From a virus (taxonomy: Duplodnaviria > Heunggongvirae > Uroviricota > Caudoviricetes): a stretch of 64,000 bases of DNA. The notes beneath the pieces are model-generated. The model ran no database searches. It had not been told where the DNA came from and saw only the letters and a program-made list of their open reading frames with translations. Position 1 is the first letter of the stretch; each line of letters begins with the position of its first letter. The position numbers and the translations under genes are program-made. The stretch spans positions 40,100 to 104,099 of IMG/VR virus record IMGVR_UViG_3300035212_002004; one strand, written 5' to 3'. Below are positions 13,475-23,961 of the stretch, one piece after another.

Positions 13475-14269
13475 TTATATTTTACCATTATTACAAAATT
13501 CTTTAAATTTATTTACATTAAATATAATATCTTCTAATTGAGAAGACAAATCTTTTTCCATAAACTCTTCAATTTTATTTGATGGTTTTTCTAATAAACC
13601 TATGTCAGTATATCTTTTACCTAAAGCCCCACAAATAATTGGATTTGAAGTATCAACTGAATTAATTAAATTAGGTTGAGCGTCTCTATAGTAAGTAAAT
13701 TCTTGAGGTGTTGATGCTCCTAATAAATGAATATAATGATGATCTTTTATTACATTTTGAGATAATAAAAATTGAATTAATAATACTCTACCAACAGATT
13801 GATTAGCTAGTACATTTTCAGAACCACCTAATTCTTGATATACAACAGAAGAATGGTTAAAAGCAAAATGAGTATAGCCTAAATCAACACATTGTTGATA
13901 TAGAGTATGAATTTCACTTACCGTTTTTCCCTGCAATACAACCATTAATTTAGTTTTAAATGGTAGTTTATATTGGGTCCAATGTTTTGCGTTTTTAGCT
14001 GTAAGATCACGTTCATTCCACTCATCAGGTACAATAAATATATTTGGTTCAATTAGATTTATTTTTTCTAATAAATCTTTAGTAGTATGTGAATATCCTT
14101 CAAATAAAGAGTTATCCATAATAATAAATCTATCTCTTTCTTTTTGATCTAAAAAATACTGTCTATATTCTGGGTACTTATCCATAAAAATAGGGAGACA
14201 ATAATCAAAATCTGACCATTCATTATTGTACTCAAATAAAGAGATTGGAACTTCATGTGAAATTTTCAT
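13475..14269 (-). CDS. TGT-fold protein, candidate DpdA-like 7-deazaguanine transglycosylase
   Basis: IIMDNS, IHLLGA and SVDTS motifs match the order of TGT-family DSG, HLxG and DS motifs; adjacent to queC. Confidence 0.6.
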   Translation of the reverse strand: MKISHEVPISLFEYNNEWSDFDYCLPIFMDKYPEYRQYFLDQKERDRFIIMDNSLFEGYSHTTKDLLEKINLIEPNIFIVPDEWNERDLTAKNAKHWTQYKLPFKTKLMVVLQGKTVSEIHTLYQQCVDLGYTHFAFNHSSVVYQELGGSENVLANQSVGRVLLIQFLLSQNVIKDHHYIHLLGASTPQEFTYYRDAQPNLINSVDTSNPIICGALGKRYTDIGLLEKPSNKIEEFMEKDLSSQLEDIIFNVNKFKEFCNNGKI

Positions 14270-14279
14270 AAATTTAATT

Positions 14280-14852
14280 TTAAATGTTTGTTTTTAATTT
14301 CCATATATAATTACCTGAGGATTTTGATATACCCATTACACAGTTATTTATACTTTGGTAGTTTATTTTTAAAGTTTTTGATGCTAATAATTGGGAATCC
14401 CATTCTTTAATAAAATTTCCAGTTAATCCATATTGAATAACAGGTTTACTATTTTTATCTCCTATAGTTCGTTTACCTAATTCAGTATGTTGGGGTTTTC
14501 CTAATTTAGCTTTAGATATATTATTATTCCATTCTATACTTCGTGTTTGTTTTACCCCACTTCCGGATGTTTTACCCCCACTACTTTTATTAATTAAAAT
14601 TCCATCAGATTCTATTCCAATTCTACCAAATTTTTTAATTAATTTTTCTTCTAATTCATAAGCGTAATCAACCTCTAAATTTTGATACCTAATAATAACA
14701 ATAGGATCACCATATTTTTTCACATAATTATAATAATGCTTACTTCTTCCCCATTTGAAAGAATATGCTCTACCTTTCATTCCTACTCCAACATAAAATA
14801 ATTTTTTAGTTAATTGGTTAAAGTGATAATATACATAGTGTTTATTTTCCAT
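14280..14852 (-). CDS. GIY-YIG-like putative homing endonuclease with NUMOD1-type C-terminus
   Basis: YVY...FYVGVG...R, E..LI..FG, INK..GG; C-terminal KPVIQY...G.FIKEW.S...I..C..G...S.G.YIW. Confidence 0.8.
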   Translation of the reverse strand: MENKHYVYYHFNQLTKKLFYVGVGMKGRAYSFKWGRSKHYYNYVKKYGDPIVIIRYQNLEVDYAYELEEKLIKKFGRIGIESDGILINKSSGGKTSGSGVKQTRSIEWNNNISKAKLGKPQHTELGKRTIGDKNSKPVIQYGLTGNFIKEWDSQLLASKTLKINYQSINNCVMGISKSSGNYIWKLKTNI

Positions 14853-14986
14853 AATACTTATTTATTATAAATATTAATAATGGATAGGGGACTACAAATA
14901 TCTTTTACAATTCGTGTGAAATTTTCATAACTTAATGTTTAAATTTTATAGACTAAATATAATAAGGCTCCCTATGGGAGCCAAAC

Positions 14987-15388
14987 TTATTTTACAAATA
15001 GAAAGAGTGAAGTTGCAATTCCTATAAATGTTCCTACTCTATAGAGGAATGTCTTTGTTCTAGATTTCCTAAGTTCTTTTTGTAGATCGTCGGTCATATG
15101 CTCATACTGTCCAATTTGTAGTTCGTTCTGACGTATGATGTATTTATTGGTTTCGTCTTTGTATGTTAGGAGTTTTATAATAGTATCTTTTTGTACTTCT
15201 CTTTGTTCTAGTTTAGATACTTTTTGTTGAGTAAGTTTTAGTTCCTGCCTACAACCATCATATCTAATAAGGTCTTGTGCAACTTGTCGAGCAATTTTAG
15301 TTGGGAGTAAGATTTTTGTTGTATCTGCTTGCGAAAAACTGCTCAAGCTCAACATTAGAAAACTTACCAGCATTACTAGCTTTTTCAT
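14987..15388 (-). CDS. Probable spanin-like or secreted coiled-coil protein
   Basis: Signal peptide ending SFS-Q, coiled coil, C-terminal hydrophobic segment; lysis-cluster position. Confidence 0.5.
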   Translation of the reverse strand: MKKLVMLVSFLMLSLSSFSQADTTKILLPTKIARQVAQDLIRYDGCRQELKLTQQKVSKLEQREVQKDTIIKLLTYKDETNKYIIRQNELQIGQYEHMTDDLQKELRKSRTKTFLYRVGTFIGIATSLFLFVK

Positions 15389-15674
15389 TTGTTTGATTTT
15401 TTATAATTGTTATTGTATTATCTATGTGGTAAATTTCTTTTGTAATAGTAATTACCTTTTCTTTTACTGAGTCAATTTTAACATCTATTTGTTTATTGAC
15501 TACCTTAGCTGAATCTATTTTAGTTTGTAGCAGTTCTATTTTAGCTTTGTATCCTTTTACATCTGTCCTAACACTATTTGTATTGAAGATGTTATATCCA
15601 ATTAAGACAATTACTATAAGTAGTAATATATTTTGTTTATTTTGTAACATCTCTTTCACCTTTATGTTTATCAA
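15297..15674 (-). CDS. Probable inner-membrane spanin
   Basis: N-terminal TM plus coiled coil, overlapping the next gene, directly after the holin. Confidence 0.5.
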   Translation of the reverse strand: MINIKVKEMLQNKQNILLLIVIVLIGYNIFNTNSVRTDVKGYKAKIELLQTKIDSAKVVNKQIDVKIDSVKEKVITITKEIYHIDNTITIIKNQTNEKASNAGKFSNVELEQFFASRYNKNLTPN

Positions 15675-16062
15675 GCTTATCTAATATCTGTATTACTAAT
15701 TCATTCTTAACTGCACCAACCATTGAGGCATTCTTTAAAATAGAAATTAATTGGAATACCAAAAATGGAGCCATAATTGTTTCACTTAACCAAGCTGTTC
15801 CAGTAAATCCTTTTTCTATTGATAAAATAGCTGACAGCATTACAATCCAAAAGCCAAACGTCTTGAGCACACTTAATGCTTTACGAGTTTGAAAGCCTTC
15901 TCTTTTAATTCCTGCCCATATACCAAAAAATCCATCAGCAAATATAACTAGCCCTACTGAGAGGTATTGTTCAATATTATCCGCTGTTAGATGCATGAAA
16001 TATGTACCTATAAATGCTAATGCTGTTGTCAATGATAATGTAATTAGTAGTGAGGTTTTCAT
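15637..16062 (-). CDS. Probable holin
   Basis: Several TM segments, D...G...G motif and SILKNA...G tail; follows the endolysin. Confidence 0.7.
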   Translation of the reverse strand: MKTSLLITLSLTTALAFIGTYFMHLTADNIEQYLSVGLVIFADGFFGIWAGIKREGFQTRKALSVLKTFGFWIVMLSAILSIEKGFTGTAWLSETIMAPFLVFQLISILKNASMVGAVKNELVIQILDKLDKHKGERDVTK

Positions 16063-16073
16063 CTTATAGCAAC

Positions 16074-16685
16074 TTATTTAACGTATTCGTAGTATTTCTT
16101 AGTTAACTCATTACGGTGAGATAACCCTATCGTTCCTCCATTTATACGTTTTGTTAAAGCTAATATAGTTTTATCACTAATTCCTTGGTCGCAAATGGAC
16201 CACAATTTATTTTTATCGAAGAAAAACATTGCTGATTCAAAAGAGTACGTAGTTGCTACTAAGTCTGGATTGGTCATGATCTCTGGTTTTTTCAAATAAT
16301 CTGAGAATGCTTTGTAATTATCTTTCCCTGTTAATTGAAGAGCTCCTCTTCCTCTGAACTTATACCCATCTCCTGATTTCTCATCTCCATTACCCATTCT
16401 AGATCCATATACTCTGTTGGCAATCTTTTCAGGGTTGCGAGCGTATAGTTCGTTTAAGTTGCCTGGAAAGTACTTTGCAAAGATACCTTTTAACCCATCT
16501 CCTGAGTAGTTAAGATTTTCTGCAAATAATTTAAACCCTCCAGTTTCGTGAGCTGTTTGTGCAAAGAAGTGTGCTGCTCTTACTGGAGTTAATTTATAGA
16601 ACTCCATTGCCTTCTTCATAGTACCTGGGCCGAAGTCACCATCTGGGGTTGTGCTTATTTTTGTCTGTAAACTTTTTAAACTCAT
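16074..16685 (-). CDS. Endolysin, glycoside hydrolase family 19
   Basis: AHFFAQTAHETGGF..ENLNYS, ANRVYG.RMGNG, YKFRGRGALQLTGKDNY, TKRINGG motifs. Confidence 0.92.
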   Translation of the reverse strand: MSLKSLQTKISTTPDGDFGPGTMKKAMEFYKLTPVRAAHFFAQTAHETGGFKLFAENLNYSGDGLKGIFAKYFPGNLNELYARNPEKIANRVYGSRMGNGDEKSGDGYKFRGRGALQLTGKDNYKAFSDYLKKPEIMTNPDLVATTYSFESAMFFFDKNKLWSICDQGISDKTILALTKRINGGTIGLSHRNELTKKYYEYVK

Positions 16686-16993
16686 TACTGTTGTTTTGTA
16701 TTATCTTTTTTCTTAGCTGCAAATTTTTCTAATCCTGCAATTCCAAAGGATCCTAATGTTATATACATAAAAGCATCAAAGATAAACTCTGTTACTTTTA
16801 TATCTCTTCCTAAGCATTTTGTTACTAGGTCAACACCTAGGGTAATTACCATTACTGTAAATGCCAAAAATCCTATAATAGTTTTTTCATTATAGTCGTT
16901 ACTGTCTTTAAAGATGTTTTTAAAAGCCATAATATAATTTTTAAAGTTGATTAACTTACAACCAATTTGGCAAAACATACTTTTCATAAACAT
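16685..16993 (-). CDS. Small two-TM membrane protein (holin-like)
   Basis: Two hydrophobic segments; likely start at MAFKNIF. Confidence 0.6.
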   Translation of the reverse strand: MFMKSMFCQIGCKLINFKNYIMAFKNIFKDSNDYNEKTIIGFLAFTVMVITLGVDLVTKCLGRDIKVTEFIFDAFMYITLGSFGIAGLEKFAAKKKDNTKQQ

Positions 16994-17060
16994 AATTTAT
17001 AATAAATATTAAAAGCCCCAGTATTAATGGGGCTTTCTTTTAAAAAAATATAAATTTTAA

Positions 17061-18788
17061 CTATCCTTCACAAGAAGTACAACTATCTGCAGTACGTTGT
17101 AAATTGTCTCCTCTTAATACTGATTCTGTACGAAGGTAATATAAAGTTTTAATACCCAATTTATGTGCTTCTTTATGCACGGCACTGATGAAACGAGGTT
17201 GGTCATTTGGATCGAATGAAAGGTTTAAAGACATTGCTTGATCTACATACTTCTGTCTAATTCCGTTTTGTCTTACTAATTCTAATTGATTAATCTCCTT
17301 AAATGTTAAAAATATTTCCTTTTCTTCAGGAGATAAGATATAATCTGCTAAACCTAATACTGAACCTTTGTCTTTTAGAATTTGATCCCAAATGCTATCA
17401 ATGTTATACCCTTTAGCATCTAATACTTTTTCTAATATTTTATTTTTCTTAATAAAAACACCTTTTGCTGTTTTTAAATTATAAACATTAGCAGGAATTG
17501 GTTCAACTGATGGTGAAACACCACCTGAAATGTGAGCATTTGATACTGTCGGTGCAATAGCTAAATGATGTGAGTGTCTTAATCCTGTTCCTTTACACCA
17601 TTCTGGTTCTCCATAAATTTCTGCTTGTTCACGAGATGCTTTTAATGCTCCTTCTTCAATAAATTGAAACATCATTCTAGTATAAGTATCTGCTGGTATT
17701 CCTGTAAATGGTAGGTTTTTAGATTGTAAAAATGTATGCCATCCTAACACACCTAAACCAATTGCTCTACCTTTTGTAGCAGATCTTACAGTATTTTCAA
17801 AGAATTTGATGTTTTTAGCACGATCAATAAATTCTTGTAATGCTCCTTCCAAAAACCAAGTAGATACTTCAGGTAAAGTCATATCATTTTCGAATTTGTA
17901 ATCTTTCCATTCATCCCACCTTGCAAGATTTAATGAAGATAAACAACAAATAAATGAGTGTAATTCGTCTGTATAAAGTGCAATTTCAGAACAAATGTTC
18001 GTCATTGTTACTTTGAGATTATTATTTTTGTATGCTTGAGGATTAGCGTTATTAACGTTATCTTCATACATAATATAAGGTTCACCTGTTTCTAAACGTG
18101 TTTTTAAAATTTCACCCCATAATTTTAAAGCTCTTGGATCTCTTTCTTCAAGTTTATCCATAAAGGCATCATCAATTGATACACATTGGTGTAAGTTTAA
18201 ACATTGTCTGTTTACATCACCTTTTGGTCTTCTAATTCCTAAGAATTCTTCAATATCTGGGTGATTGATTGATAAGTTTACTGATGCTGCTCCTCTTCTT
18301 ACTGATCCTTGATTAGTTGCTAGGATAGTTGAATCAAACATTTTAGCCCATGGAACAATTCCCTCAGAAGTACCATTATCTTTAATAGTTTTACCTCTAC
18401 CTCTAATACGAGATAAACCTATACCTACTCCACCACCTTGTGAAGTTAATCTCATTAATTCTGAATTAGAACCTGCAATTCCTTCAATAGAATCTTCTAC
18501 ATCAATTCCAAAACATGAGATAGGCATTCCTCTTTCTGTACCCATATTTGATAGTACAGGAGATGCTAGACATAACCAGTTTTTTGTCAATGCCTCGTAA
18601 AATATAGGTTGTAAATCTTTACGTTTTAGTCTACGAGCCGATGCTTTACTTACTCTTAAGAAAGCTTTAAACACATCTTCTTCAGGCAAGAGATATCCGT
18701 TTGAAACTATATCTAATCCTATTTGATCAAACCACTCTGGGTAATTCTTGCCCTTAATCCAATGGCTGGTGTCCACTTGTACGCTCAT
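17061..18788 (-). CDS. nrdA: Ribonucleotide reductase class Ia alpha subunit
   Basis: PISCF, TNICSEI (NxCxE), IAPTVS and C-terminal CTSCEG motifs. Confidence 0.95.
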   Translation of the reverse strand: MSVQVDTSHWIKGKNYPEWFDQIGLDIVSNGYLLPEEDVFKAFLRVSKASARRLKRKDLQPIFYEALTKNWLCLASPVLSNMGTERGMPISCFGIDVEDSIEGIAGSNSELMRLTSQGGGVGIGLSRIRGRGKTIKDNGTSEGIVPWAKMFDSTILATNQGSVRRGAASVNLSINHPDIEEFLGIRRPKGDVNRQCLNLHQCVSIDDAFMDKLEERDPRALKLWGEILKTRLETGEPYIMYEDNVNNANPQAYKNNNLKVTMTNICSEIALYTDELHSFICCLSSLNLARWDEWKDYKFENDMTLPEVSTWFLEGALQEFIDRAKNIKFFENTVRSATKGRAIGLGVLGWHTFLQSKNLPFTGIPADTYTRMMFQFIEEGALKASREQAEIYGEPEWCKGTGLRHSHHLAIAPTVSNAHISGGVSPSVEPIPANVYNLKTAKGVFIKKNKILEKVLDAKGYNIDSIWDQILKDKGSVLGLADYILSPEEKEIFLTFKEINQLELVRQNGIRQKYVDQAMSLNLSFDPNDQPRFISAVHKEAHKLGIKTLYYLRTESVLRGDNLQRTADSCTSCEG

Positions 18789-19425
18789 ATTTATTTGATT
18801 TTATTCTGTTTTTATTTTTTGTTAGGGGTTGAAGATTTTTATAGTTCCAACATTCTATTATTTCGTTTTCGTCTTTAAAATTAAAACTTTCTATAGGTCT
18901 TATATGGTCTACTTCCCAATAATCTCCATAATTTCCCCAATTCATTTTATGATTAAATTTAACTTCAATGTGGGTTTTAAACTCATCTAAAGTACAACCT
19001 AAATACTTAAATACAGATTTACTTTTTAAAGTAATAGTTCTATAAAAATATGTTCTTAAATTTTCTTTTAACCTAAAAATTGGATCTAGTCTTTTTAATC
19101 TTTTATATTCTTTTTGATATTCTCTATGTTTTAATTGATATTCAGGATTATTTTTTTTACTTTTCCAATGACTTCTAGCATATTCCTTATCATATTCTTT
19201 GTAGTTTCCTCTATTCTTTTTGATAAGGGCTTTAAATTTTTCTTTATTATTATTTATCCACTCTTTATTTTTAATACTAATTATATCTTTTTTTTCAATA
19301 TATCGAATCTCAGATTTAATTTTTATACAAGATTTACATATATTTTGGTAACGTTGTCTTGTATTTTCCCAATAATAATTCTCAATCCCTTTTAATTCTT
19401 TGCATTTAGTACATTCTCTTTCCAT
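18754..19425 (-). CDS. HNH-type putative homing endonuclease between nrdB and nrdA
   Basis: YLGCT..F..HI...MNWGNYG.YWEVDHIRP...YKNLQPL...N..KSNK. Confidence 0.85.
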   Translation of the reverse strand: MERECTKCKELKGIENYYWENTRQRYQNICKSCIKIKSEIRYIEKKDIISIKNKEWINNNKEKFKALIKKNRGNYKEYDKEYARSHWKSKKNNPEYQLKHREYQKEYKRLKRLDPIFRLKENLRTYFYRTITLKSKSVFKYLGCTLDEFKTHIEVKFNHKMNWGNYGDYWEVDHIRPIESFNFKDENEIIECWNYKNLQPLTKNKNRIKSNKYERTSGHQPLD

Positions 19426-19476
19426 AATTATGTTTTGATATAAATATGTAAAGGGAAAAAACTATCCATGATTCTT

Positions 19477-20430
19477 TTATAGATCTGACCAGTCTTCTAC
19501 AGATTTAGAGTAAGAAGTTACACGTGAAGCAAAGAAATCAGTATGACTAACGCCTGATGTTAAATGACCAAACCATTCCATTTGTTTTAATAGATTTGGA
19601 TCAATATCATTATAAACTGCGTTATAACCTAATTCAATCATTTTTTCGTTAGCTCTTGCTTTGATAAAGTTTTGTAATTGGGCTCTATTTAAACCTTCTA
19701 CTTCACCCATTTCAAAGGCTTTATCAATGAAGTCGAATTCTAATTGTACTGATAGATGACATGCTTCTGTTACTTTAGTTCTTAAATCTTCAGTGTTAAG
19801 TTCAGGCATTTCATCTAACATGGTTCTAAATAACCAACATCCTGCTTTTGAGTGTAGAGATTCATCTCTTACAGACCATTCTACAATTTGTCCTGTACCT
19901 TTCATTAAGTTTCTTAATTGAAAAGACATTAAAATCGCGAATGAAGAAAATAGATTAACACCCTCCGTGAATGCAGAGAATATGGCCAGTGACTGCGCTC
20001 TTTCGTTTAGAGTATCCATAGGAGTGTCTAACAGACGTTCAATTTTATTTACAGCTGCTTCGTCTTCTAAGAATGCTTTAAAATCTTCTAAATCTAAGGC
20101 TTCATTTAATCTAGCATAAGCATGAGCGTGGATTGCTTCAAATGAGCCAAAAGTAGAAGTCATAGCTACGATTTCAGGTTTTGGGAACCATTGTGATACT
20201 TTAGAAGACCAATAATCATTTACATGCACTTCAGTTTGTGCAAAAGATTTTAGGATATTTCCGATTAAGTTTTTTTCTGATTCGGTAAGTTTTTGTTTCC
20301 AATCGTTTAAATCGGATGCTAAAGGCACTTCATCTGCTAGCCAGTGCGAGCGTTGTTGGTCTAAGTAGAAATCGAATGCTTCTTGATATTCGAATGGTTT
20401 GTAGAAATCTCTTCTATCTATTAATGACAT
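19477..20430 (-). CDS. nrdB: Ribonucleotide reductase class Ia beta subunit
   Basis: FEAIHAHAY, TEGVNLFSSF, RDESLH di-metal ligand motifs. Confidence 0.95.
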   Translation of the reverse strand: MSLIDRRDFYKPFEYQEAFDFYLDQQRSHWLADEVPLASDLNDWKQKLTESEKNLIGNILKSFAQTEVHVNDYWSSKVSQWFPKPEIVAMTSTFGSFEAIHAHAYARLNEALDLEDFKAFLEDEAAVNKIERLLDTPMDTLNERAQSLAIFSAFTEGVNLFSSFAILMSFQLRNLMKGTGQIVEWSVRDESLHSKAGCWLFRTMLDEMPELNTEDLRTKVTEACHLSVQLEFDFIDKAFEMGEVEGLNRAQLQNFIKARANEKMIELGYNAVYNDIDPNLLKQMEWFGHLTSGVSHTDFFASRVTSYSKSVEDWSDL

Positions 20431-20463
20431 ATTTTTGTTTTTTTAAAGACGTGGTTATAAATA

Positions 20464-21846
20464 TTATTGGTTATTTTCTAAGCTAAAATTTTGAAATAAA
20501 TTTTTGAGGTTACCTTTTTCACTATTTGAAATACCTCCAAATGTATTAGGTTGTGATAATTGTTGATTTTTATAATCTTCAGTATCATCATATTCTCCTA
20601 ATACTTCAATATGACCACAAGAAGTATCAATATTAACATTGTAGGTCATACCATCAGGACCATATCTATTCTTTTGAATATGCCATCTTCCGGTACCTTC
20701 TGTTTTATCTTTCTTCAATCTAGATTGAGACATACCAAAATCTACAATAGCTTGTTTCTCATATGAACCAGCTGATTTATCACCTTCTACTATCTCATCT
20801 TTTGCACCTGCTCTATTTACTTGTGAAACAGACCAAATAGGTAAATTTAATTCTTTTGCTAAACCTTTAGTTCCATAATGTAAATCATCAATCTCTTCTT
20901 TTTTCTCTTTACGTCTTGAAGGTGGTTTTAATAAATCTACATAATCAATTAAAATTAGATCTGGTTTAAAACCTAAATCCATGGTTTTTTGAATATGAGA
21001 TTTAATAGTAGTTAATGATGCCCCTTTAGCTGGGTATTCTTTGATTATGATATTATCTTCAAATTCACTTAACATTTCTTTAAGTTTATCCTGGTAATTA
21101 TGAATTTCACTAACATTAATTCCTGTATAGTAAGCATCATATCTTTTACCAACATAATCTTCACCTAATTCTAAAGTGTAATGTATTACTTTATAACCTA
21201 ATTTACCAGCGAATGCTCCTAGAGCAACTAAATCCCATGATTTACCTCCACCAGGTCCACCATAAATTAACCCATAATCACCACCACCTAATCCACCTTG
21301 AAGCAAAGTATTTAATACATCCCAAGGTGTAGGTACAGTTTTTCTACTTGATTCTCTATAACGAGATTCAATATCCTTTACATACTCATGACCTAAATTC
21401 TTGTCAGCACCTGCCTTTAAAGCATTATCAATTAAAATTCGAATATCATCATAATGACCACTTTTTAGTAAATCTACTGAGTCTATTAGTGCATTTTTTA
21501 ATAATTGATTTTTACAAAAATTAGCAAATTCTTCCTCAACATATTCTTGATCATCATATTGAGTAGTGTAGATAAGTTTTAATTGTTCTTTTACTGCTGT
21601 TTGTAATACATCATTATCAATTTTTTTAACTTCAATTTTTAATGTATCAAGTGTAGGGCAACAATGATATTTATCAAAGTATTTTATTGTTTCAGTTAAT
21701 GTCCATTTTATACCAGGATGTTCGAAATGAGATTCATCTATGATATCTCTTACATTAAGTAAAAAAGCTTTATTTTTTAATAAAGAACTTATTACTTTGA
21801 TCTGGAATGTAGGACCATAATCTTTTAAACTTTGAAATGCAACCAT
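20464..21846 (-). CDS. Replicative helicase (DnaB / T4 gp41-like)
   Basis: GGPGGGKS Walker A, LILIDYVDLL Walker B, SQVNR, KNRYGP. Confidence 0.9.
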   Translation of the reverse strand: MVAFQSLKDYGPTFQIKVISSLLKNKAFLLNVRDIIDESHFEHPGIKWTLTETIKYFDKYHCCPTLDTLKIEVKKIDNDVLQTAVKEQLKLIYTTQYDDQEYVEEEFANFCKNQLLKNALIDSVDLLKSGHYDDIRILIDNALKAGADKNLGHEYVKDIESRYRESSRKTVPTPWDVLNTLLQGGLGGGDYGLIYGGPGGGKSWDLVALGAFAGKLGYKVIHYTLELGEDYVGKRYDAYYTGINVSEIHNYQDKLKEMLSEFEDNIIIKEYPAKGASLTTIKSHIQKTMDLGFKPDLILIDYVDLLKPPSRRKEKKEEIDDLHYGTKGLAKELNLPIWSVSQVNRAGAKDEIVEGDKSAGSYEKQAIVDFGMSQSRLKKDKTEGTGRWHIQKNRYGPDGMTYNVNIDTSCGHIEVLGEYDDTEDYKNQQLSQPNTFGGISNSEKGNLKNLFQNFSLENNQ

Positions 21847-21857
21847 TTATATAACTT

Positions 21858-22886
21858 TTATTTTTTATGTTTATATTGATTAAGATATGAAAAATTATTC
21901 GAGAGCCAAAACTCTACATTAGGAGAGATTTGATTCTCTAAATAATCTGATTTATGTAATTGTAAAAAACGAGCATTATTTAGAGTATGAGGTTCAATAT
22001 TAATTAATTTGTCTAGAACTACTTTATCATACTCAGGTATATTTAATTCTTCTAAAGTCATTAATTTGAAATTAATTTCTAATTGTTTTCTAAAATTATA
22101 AATATCCCCATATAAACCATGTTCTTCATGCTTATCATAACTCTTCTGAATGATTTCTTTTAATGTGATTTTTTTATCTCCTGCTATTTCAGGGTATAGT
22201 TTATTTAACTTTTTATCACCTAATCCTTTAATACCAGGAACATTATCCGATTTATCACCCATTAACACTTTGTAATTGATATAATTTTGGGGCCATAATC
22301 CCATTTCATCAAATACCTCTTTTGGACCATAGAATTTTTTCTTAATAGGAGAGTACACTTGAATTTTATCATTACATAATTGAAGGAAATCCTGGTCAGC
22401 TGATACTATAACTGTATTATCAAATTTAGGGGCTAAGTAGCCAATCATATCATCAGCTTCTAATTTATCTAAAGTAATAATAGACATTGGAAGTTGTTGT
22501 AAATAATCTACTAATCTTAACATTTGTTGAGATAAGGAAGCTGATTCGTCAGCTAAATCATCGAATGAATTCCAATTTGTAATACGTTTTAATTTACGAT
22601 TAGCTTTATATTCAGGATATAAATTTTTTCTGTTTGTAGTATTTCCTTGCCCATCAAAAACACATATGATTCTTGTAGGTTGTACTAGATTAACTGTATA
22701 AGCTAGAGACCTTAAAAACCCCACCATTCCACCAATATGAACCCCTTGAGTATTTGTACTGTTAATAACAGCAAATGATCTCAAGAACATATTCATACTA
22801 TCTACTAACAAAACCCTACTATTTAAATGTAGGGTTTCACTGTTAGTATCTTCTTTTATATTATCTAAAAGATCTTTATAACTCAT
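21858..22886 (-). CDS. 5'-3' exonuclease / T4 RNase H-like flap nuclease
   Basis: LLVDSMN, VFDG, YKANR, EADD, VSADQDFLQL, GDKSDNVPGIKGLG motifs. Confidence 0.92.
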   Translation of the reverse strand: MSYKDLLDNIKEDTNSETLHLNSRVLLVDSMNMFLRSFAVINSTNTQGVHIGGMVGFLRSLAYTVNLVQPTRIICVFDGQGNTTNRKNLYPEYKANRKLKRITNWNSFDDLADESASLSQQMLRLVDYLQQLPMSIITLDKLEADDMIGYLAPKFDNTVIVSADQDFLQLCNDKIQVYSPIKKKFYGPKEVFDEMGLWPQNYINYKVLMGDKSDNVPGIKGLGDKKLNKLYPEIAGDKKITLKEIIQKSYDKHEEHGLYGDIYNFRKQLEINFKLMTLEELNIPEYDKVVLDKLINIEPHTLNNARFLQLHKSDYLENQISPNVEFWLSNNFSYLNQYKHKK

Positions 22887-22887
22887 T

Positions 22888-23958
22888 TTATATTTCTGAT
22901 GTATCTATTCCTACGAAATCTGGGTTCTCTTCTTCAACGATATCAAAATCATCGCTTCCTAAGATAACTGACCAATCTTTAGAGTGTTCTTTTTTATACT
23001 TGTTTATCTCATTAGGTGAATTTTTAATAAACCCATGAGCTGTACTAATAATAGTTCCTTTTGCTGTTACTCCAGTCACATGATTTTTATCACAAGATAC
23101 TTTAGTTTTAAGAGCAAATTCAATTTCTTTACCATTTTTAGTTGCTTTTACTTTTTGAGTACCAGGACTAGTTACATTACCAAAAGTGATGATAAATGAG
23201 GCATCGAAAAACATACTATCACCTCCTTTATTCCGTAATTTTGGCTGAGCCATCGGCATTAACGCTGGTTCTACCCACACTTTATTTACACAAAGCATTG
23301 TGTTAGTATAGGCTTGTGATTCTTTACGAGACATAATCAATCTTTGATTGATAAAGTTGGCAAATTGTTGAGACATTGCTCCTGCATTCCACATGGGTGA
23401 ATTAGAGTTTTTCTCAATACTCATTCTACATGGAATAGATCCAATTGAATCCCATAAAAACAATAGATCATAAGGTAGATTACCTTTCTTCTGCTCATCT
23501 AATAGGTCCGCAATAAAAGCAGCTACATCTTCAATACATTGTAAAGATTCTCTATCAGCATAAATAAAGAAACCTTTATAGTCTTTATTACCATCTTCAT
23601 CAACTGTTTCACCTAAATCAAATCCCATTGCTGACCAATGCTCCCAACTATGTTTCATCTCAGTGATTATAATAACTGGTAATACTTGTGTCTTTTGAGC
23701 TTCAATAGCGGCTTCAATTAATAAAGTAGTTTTACCTGTATTACTATGTCCTCTTACTAATGTAATATGACCTTTAGGAATACCAGGCATTTCTAACATT
23801 TCAGCTACAGGTTCAGAGAACTTAATCCATGCTTGAGGTTTAAAATTAGAAGTACTTTGTCCTAGATTTTTCCCAGCCTTGAACTTATCAAGTGAAAAAG
23901 TGCCAGTAATGGCCTTTCCGACTTTACCGGAAAGGCTATCTGTTTTTGGTTTAGCCAT
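22888..23958 (-). CDS. uvsX: RecA/UvsX-like recombinase
   Basis: GHSNTGKTT Walker A, LFLWDSIG Walker B; position among replication genes. Confidence 0.85.
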   Translation of the reverse strand: MAKPKTDSLSGKVGKAITGTFSLDKFKAGKNLGQSTSNFKPQAWIKFSEPVAEMLEMPGIPKGHITLVRGHSNTGKTTLLIEAAIEAQKTQVLPVIIITEMKHSWEHWSAMGFDLGETVDEDGNKDYKGFFIYADRESLQCIEDVAAFIADLLDEQKKGNLPYDLLFLWDSIGSIPCRMSIEKNSNSPMWNAGAMSQQFANFINQRLIMSRKESQAYTNTMLCVNKVWVEPALMPMAQPKLRNKGGDSMFFDASFIITFGNVTSPGTQKVKATKNGKEIEFALKTKVSCDKNHVTGVTAKGTIISTAHGFIKNSPNEINKYKKEHSKDWSVILGSDDFDIVEEENPDFVGIDTSEI

Positions 23959-23961
23959 ATA

